Assembly (NCBI RefSeq): GCF_900095195.1
Contig: NZ_LT606950.1
Span: 636,164-668,163, forward strand
Direction: 5' to 3'
Length of the DNA: 32,000 nt
Origin: Polynucleobacter necessarius
GTDB taxonomy: Bacteria; Pseudomonadota; Gammaproteobacteria; Burkholderiales; Burkholderiaceae
Shown: positions 28,466 through 32,000 of the stretch, piece by piece
Layout: each line of letters starts with the position of its first letter
Position numbering within the stretch: position 1 is the stretch's first letter
The notes under the pieces: model-generated
The model's database searches: none
Seen by the model: only the letters and a program-made list of their open reading frames with translations
Told to the model about the DNA's origin: nothing
Translations under genes and position numbers: made by a program

Positions 28466-29296
28466 TTATTTGGTCTTCGGTTTTGGGGCACTTTGATACA
28501 AAGGCTGAACTGCTGGCATTAATTCCGTAAGTTGTTCAATACGTGTGTCCCCAGAAGGATGGGTTGATAAGAACTCCATTGTTCCTTTACCCTGAGTAAT
28601 CTTATTCATCTTTTGCCAAATGCTAATTGCTGCTTGAGGGTTGTACCCCGAGCGAGCGGCAAGTTCAACGCCAATTGCATCTGCTTCGGATTCATTTTGT
28701 CGTGAATTTGGCAGCACCAAAATATACTGCGCCGCCTGATTGGCGGCACTGATGGCTGAACCATAAGATCCTGCAGCTGCCATAGCAATATTGGTCACTG
28801 CACTTTGTGCCATGGCTTGTGACAAGCGTTCACGACCATGCTCACGCAGGGCATGGGCAATTTCATGGCCCATGATGGCAGCAATTTCATCATCTGTTAA
28901 ATTCAATTGCTCTATGATGCCGGTGTAGAAGGTAATCTTTCCGCCTGGTGCACAGGTAGCATTCAAGATAGGGGCATTAATTAAAACGAGTTGCCAATTC
29001 CACTGTCTTGTATCATCCCGAAAGGTGCCAGTCTGGGCAATTAGATGATTGGATATCATCTTCAGACGGTCATACTCTGGCCCAGAAGTAATGAGTACCC
29101 CTTTTTCTTTAGCCTTTTGATTTTGCTCGTTGTAGCCAATGGCTGAAAGTCGATCTACTTCAGCAGCGGAAACGACTAGAAACTGAGAGCGATTGACCCC
29201 GACAACTCCAGACCGCGTTGTATTGGCGCAGGCTGAGAGGAGGGAGATAAGAGCAATGCTGAAGAATAACTTACTCCAAACCGATTTGTACTGCAT
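28466..29296 (-). CDS. M48-family zinc metallopeptidase, lipoprotein (LoiP/YcaL-like)
   Basis: 276 aa with the lipobox LLSAC, the HExxH motif in MGHEIAHALREHG, and a downstream ESEADAIG third-ligand region. The ORF is intact. Confidence 0.85.
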   Translation of the reverse strand: MQYKSVWSKLFFSIALISLLSACANTTRSGVVGVNRSQFLVVSAAEVDRLSAIGYNEQNQKAKEKGVLITSGPEYDRLKMISNHLIAQTGTFRDDTRQWNWQLVLINAPILNATCAPGGKITFYTGIIEQLNLTDDEIAAIMGHEIAHALREHGRERLSQAMAQSAVTNIAMAAAGSYGSAISAANQAAQYILVLPNSRQNESEADAIGVELAARSGYNPQAAISIWQKMNKITQGKGTMEFLSTHPSGDTRIEQLTELMPAVQPLYQSAPKPKTK

Positions 29297-29309
29297 TTAG
29301 TCGGATTGC

Positions 29310-29909
29310 TTATTTCTTAGGAGGGGCGATAGAAGCAGCCATGGCATCGTAATAAATCACTTTCACTTGCTCGCCCACTTTGACATCGGCCAATAGAGTA
29401 GGGTTCTTTACGGTCACCGTGGTGATCTTTCCACTTGGACCTTTAACGGAAACCAGTTTTTTATCGCGATTTACTTCAACGATATCTGCAATGATCGTTG
29501 TTTTATTTGCAATGGTTTCGGCAGGCTTTTCATTTGCCTTAGAGCTAGTTACTGTGTTGGATTCCACTTTTGAGCGAACACCATCACTTTTCGATTTAAT
29601 CAATTCAATGGCAACAGCCAACTCATAGGTTACGCTTAATTGGTCACCTTTTTTGATTTGATCAAAGTTTTTGATTTCAGGGCCAGCCACAAACTTCGAT
29701 TCACCCTCTTTGTTTTTGAACGTAATGGTGCGAGTTTTTTTATCGACCTTAACGACTGAGCCCTCGTAAAGCTGGTAGGTGTTATCAACCACTGCTGCAT
29801 CAATCACGGTCGGCTTATTTTCATTCTTTGGTGTTTGCGCTACAACATGAGATGAAGAGAGAAAAATTGCCGTAGCTGCCAATACGATCTGTGTGAGTTT
29901 GGTATTCAT
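29310..29909 (-). CDS. Secreted protein with two tandem beta-rich repeats of about 55 aa; function unknown
   Basis: Starting at MNTKLTQIVLAATAIFLSSSHVVAQ gives a clear signal peptide. The longer ORF up to 30071 (TTG start) adds a non-signal leader and is unlikely to be real. The repeats are VVKVDKKTRTITFKNKEGES...IKKGDQLSVTY and IVEVNRDKKLVSVKGPSGKI...VKVGEQVKVIY. My hand translation of the printed line 29881-29940 was offset by one base from the supplied ORF track, so I followed the track. Confidence 0.6.
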   Translation of the reverse strand: MNTKLTQIVLAATAIFLSSSHVVAQTPKNENKPTVIDAAVVDNTYQLYEGSVVKVDKKTRTITFKNKEGESKFVAGPEIKNFDQIKKGDQLSVTYELAVAIELIKSKSDGVRSKVESNTVTSSKANEKPAETIANKTTIIADIVEVNRDKKLVSVKGPSGKITTVTVKNPTLLADVKVGEQVKVIYYDAMAASIAPPKK

Positions 29910-30104
29910 TATTTTCCTTGGTTGATGACGGATATCGAAATTCAATATTAGCGTATTTTTATTGGCGCCCCCATGAAAATGGACCATATTTCTGTATCTG
30001 AAGAAAAGGGACTGATTTGTTAAGATGCTCCATTCATTTTTAATAACCTTGGAAGGTTTCGAGTGCCTCAATTTGCCGATGCTTTTTACTGAGGTGCCTT
30101 TTTA

Positions 30105-30345
30105 GAGCGCTTTGAAAAAGCACATCATGTTGCGTCGTATTTAAAAAAAAAGAAACCAGGAATATCGTAAAAATTAATGGGCTCGATTAATAAACACAAA
30201 TTAGCCCTCTCCAATTCTGCTGCCGCATAGCGTAGATTCTCCGCTTGAGCAGCCATCATCAATGGCGTTGTGCCGTTTGGGCTACGAGAATTAAGTGCCC
30301 CGCCATAATGGCCTCCATAATACCTGAAGCTGAAGTGCATACCGC
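30105..30345 (-). pseudogene. Mosaic remnant: ankyrin-repeat N-terminal piece fused to a hydroxypyruvate isomerase middle piece
   Basis: The minus strand encodes GALNSRSPNGTTPLMMAAQA (ANK repeat, 30242 and higher). It continues without a break into ENLRYAAAELERANLCLLIEPINFYDIPGFF (compare Hyi ENLRYAANML...LLIEPINHFDIPGF, about residues 125-155). After a frameshift in a T-run it reads FLNTTQH. Confidence 0.6.
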
Positions 30346-30370
30346 ACACAATCCAGAAATGCAATAGAAG

Positions 30371-30503
30371 GTTTATCTGGAAACATCACCATTCTACTCC
30401 CCGGGTTAAATGGTGGTGGCCTTGAGCTTGGACAATTGCCAAATTTTTTGAATGCTAATGGCTTCGAAACAATAGCTCCTCAGATCGATGGCCATCTTAT
30501 TTA
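30371..30503 (+). pseudogene. Possible alpha/beta-hydrolase (esterase) N-terminal fragment
   Basis: The short frame ITILLPGLNGGGLELGQLPNFLNANGFETIAPQIDGH resembles the first strand and helix of monoacylglycerol-lipase or carboxylesterase-type hydrolases. It is too short for confidence. Confidence 0.3.
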
Positions 30504-30509
30504 AAATCA

Positions 30510-30533
30510 AAAAGCCTCCATATGGAGGCTTTT
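30510..30533. terminator. Perfect palindromic terminator downstream of the tRNA-Ala-Glu-Asp cluster
   Basis: AAAAGCCTCCA-TA-TGGAGGCTTTT forms an 11-bp stem with A/T-run flanks. It lies 12 nt beyond the 3' end of tRNA-Asp on the minus strand. Confidence 0.65.
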
Positions 30534-30544
30534 ACATTGAAATT

Positions 30545-30621
30545 TGGCGGAACGGACGGGACTCGAACCCGCGACCCTCTGCGTGACAGGCAGATATTCT
30601 AACCAACTGAACTACCGCTCC
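30545..30621 (-). tRNA. tRNA-Asp (anticodon GTC)
   Basis: The reverse complement is GGAGCGGTAGTTCAGTTGGTTAGAATATCTGCCTGTCACGCAGAGGGTCGCGGGTTCGAGTCCCGTCCGTTCCGCCA. The anticodon loop is CTGTCAC. Confidence 0.9.
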
Positions 30622-30663
30622 AAATTACCACTCAACTACTACCTAAGCTACAGCCAAAAAGTT

Positions 30664-30739
30664 TGGCGTCCCCAGGGGGATTCGAACCCCCGTACTCACC
30701 GTGAAAGGGTGATGTCCTAGGCCTCTAGACGATGGGGAC
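30664..30739 (-). tRNA. tRNA-Glu (anticodon TTC)
   Basis: The reverse complement is GTCCCCATCGTCTAGAGGCCTAGGACATCACCCTTTCACGGTGAGTACGGGGGTTCGAATCCCCCTGGGGACGCCA, close to E. coli tRNA-Glu. Confidence 0.9.
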
Positions 30740-30765
30740 CTAGCAACTACTCTGCTTTGAAATCT

Positions 30766-30841
<76 letters not shown>

Positions 30842-30919
30842 GAAATCTCGCAATAAAACCACAAGACCATCAAAACAATCCGAGATTTTAGCCTATTTTT
30901 GTGCAACTGCGCAAATTCG

Positions 30920-32000
30920 CTACTGGACGACCTTGGAGAGCCGATTTAGCGCCTCTTCTTTACCCAGAACAACCAGAACAGAATCAATCGCTGGAGCCTG
31001 GGTGGTTGCAAATAATGCATAACGAACCGGCATCGCCAAGGCTGGCATTTTCAATTGGTGCTGTGATAAAACTTGTTTAAAGGCCGCACCATACCCTTCT
31101 TTTGTTTCAGGCGCTTCCCGAATTGCCTCAATTAAATCAATAAAAGCTGGAACCACTGCTGCAGGTATATTTGCATCGATTTGTTCTTTGCTTAAGTCCG
31201 GAGGTGGCAAATAAAAAAGTTTTGCACCCTCAGCAATTTCAATCAGTGTATTGGCGCGATCTTTTAGTAAAGCCACAACCTCAACAAAATTTGGACCTGA
31301 TTCTGTATTGATACCCAGCTCATGTGCAAACGGTTTAGTTGCCTCTGCTAGCTGAACAGGATCCGCCTGTTGAATGTACTGATGATTTAACCAAAGTAAT
31401 TTTTCAGGATTGTGTTGTGCTGGCGATCGCCCCAAACTATCCAAATCAAACCAATTTACAAATTGTTCTTTGGTAAACACTTCTGCATCGCCGTGAGACC
31501 AACCCAGGCGTGCCAAGTAGTTCAAGATGGCTTCAGGCAAATACCCTGCTTTTTGGTAGTCGCGCACGCTCATGGCACCATTGCGCTTACTCATCTTTTC
31601 GCCAGAGTCATTCAGCACGGTAGGTAAATGAGCGTAAACCGGGGGTGCCCCACCTAAAGCGCGCATGATATTGATTTGGCGCGGGGTGTTATTGACATGG
31701 TCATTGCCTCGAATAACGTGGGTGATGTTCATATCCAAGTCGTCCACTACAACGCAAAAATTGTAGGTTGGCGTACCATCAGGACGCGCAATGATGAGGT
31801 CATCTAATTCGTCATTGGAGATTTCAATTCGCCCCTTAACCGCATCTTCCCAAACAACGGAACCGCCGATCGGATTCTTGAAGCGAATCACGGGTTGAAT
31901 ACCCTCCGGAATGGGTGGCATAGTCTTTCCCGGCTCAGGCCTCCATAAGCCGTTATATCGGGGCTTCTCTTTATTGGCCATTTGTTGATCGCGTAAATGA
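30920..32000 (-). CDS. gltX: Glutamyl-tRNA synthetase, C-terminal approximately 360 codons (5' end lies outside the window)
   Basis: [10 protein letters not shown], the KMSKR class I signature (GEKMSKRNG), and an anticodon-binding C-domain. The frame stays open to the right edge of the window. The gene is followed by the tRNA-Ala-Glu-Asp cluster. Confidence 0.9.
   Translation of the reverse strand, partial: HLRDQQMANKEKPRYNGLWRPEPGKTMPPIPEGIQPVIRFKNPIGGSVVWEDAVKGRIEISNDELDDLIIARPDGTPTYNFCVVVDDLDMNITHVIRGNDHVNNTPRQINIMRALGGAPPVYAHLPTVLNDSGEKMSKRNGAMSVRDYQKAGYLPEAILNYLARLGWSHGDAEVFTKEQFVNWFDLDSLGRSPAQHNPEKLLWLNHQYIQQADPVQLAEATKPFAHELGINTESGPNFVEVVALLKDRANTLIEIAEGAKLFYLPPPDLSKEQIDANIPAAVVPAFIDLIEAIREAPETKEGYGAAFKQVLSQHQLKMPALAMPVRYALFATTQAPAIDSVLVVLGKEEALNRLSKVVQ

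Noticed and set aside
29910-30071. The secreted repeat protein has a 54-codon N-terminal extension with a TTG start.
   Set aside because: The extension places a non-hydrophobic leader ahead of an obvious signal peptide. The internal ATG (MNTKL...) gives a canonical exported protein.
27300-30540. The accessory-looking tract next to a tRNA cluster could be a genomic island, a defence system or a toxin-antitoxin locus.
   Set aside because: There is no integrase, no direct repeat of a tRNA 3' end that I could see, and no nuclease, ATPase, toxin or other defence-type domains. The content resolves into relics of ordinary metabolic and transport genes plus two exported proteins.

Overview
This 32-kb window reads as a chromosomal segment of a low-GC betaproteobacterium. 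The gene order is Burkholderiales-like: bamD/rluD-pgeF-phaC, mfd/ispD-ispF, tig-clpP-clpX-lon-tRNA-Val-ppiD, and gltX-tRNA-Ala-Glu-Asp. My guess is a Polynucleobacter-like lineage undergoing genome reduction, but I could not verify that. All homology calls come from reading the supplied translations and comparing them with reference proteins recalled from memory; nothing was computed. About two thirds of the window is intact housekeeping: acyl-CoA carboxylase C-terminus, tsaB, rimI, lplT, alr, bamD, rluD, serB, mfd, ispD, ispF, tig, clpP, clpX, lon, ppiD, gltX and five tRNAs. The rest falls into two tracts of gene wreckage. The first (7.4-13.0 kb) holds a frameshifted pgeF and a destroyed PHA locus. 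In that locus phaC, phaB, a BktB-like thiolase and rimO are all broken, phaB and the thiolase are additionally scrambled by two base-exact inversions, and phaR stays intact in the middle. The second (26.8-30.5 kb) holds remnants of tesA, ybbA, a K+-channel pore, an ankyrin-repeat gene, hydroxypyruvate isomerase and a hydrolase. These remnants surround two intact genes, an M48 lipoprotein protease and a secreted two-repeat protein. I found no CRISPR array, IS or transposase, integrase, prophage, or recognisable defence or toxin module, and no convincing novel multi-gene system. The most interesting items are the rearrangement architecture of the dead PHA locus, the orphaned phaR, a HolD(psi)-like ORF coupled to rimI, a PpiD that seems to lack its parvulin domain, and the permuted hyi/ankyrin mosaic.
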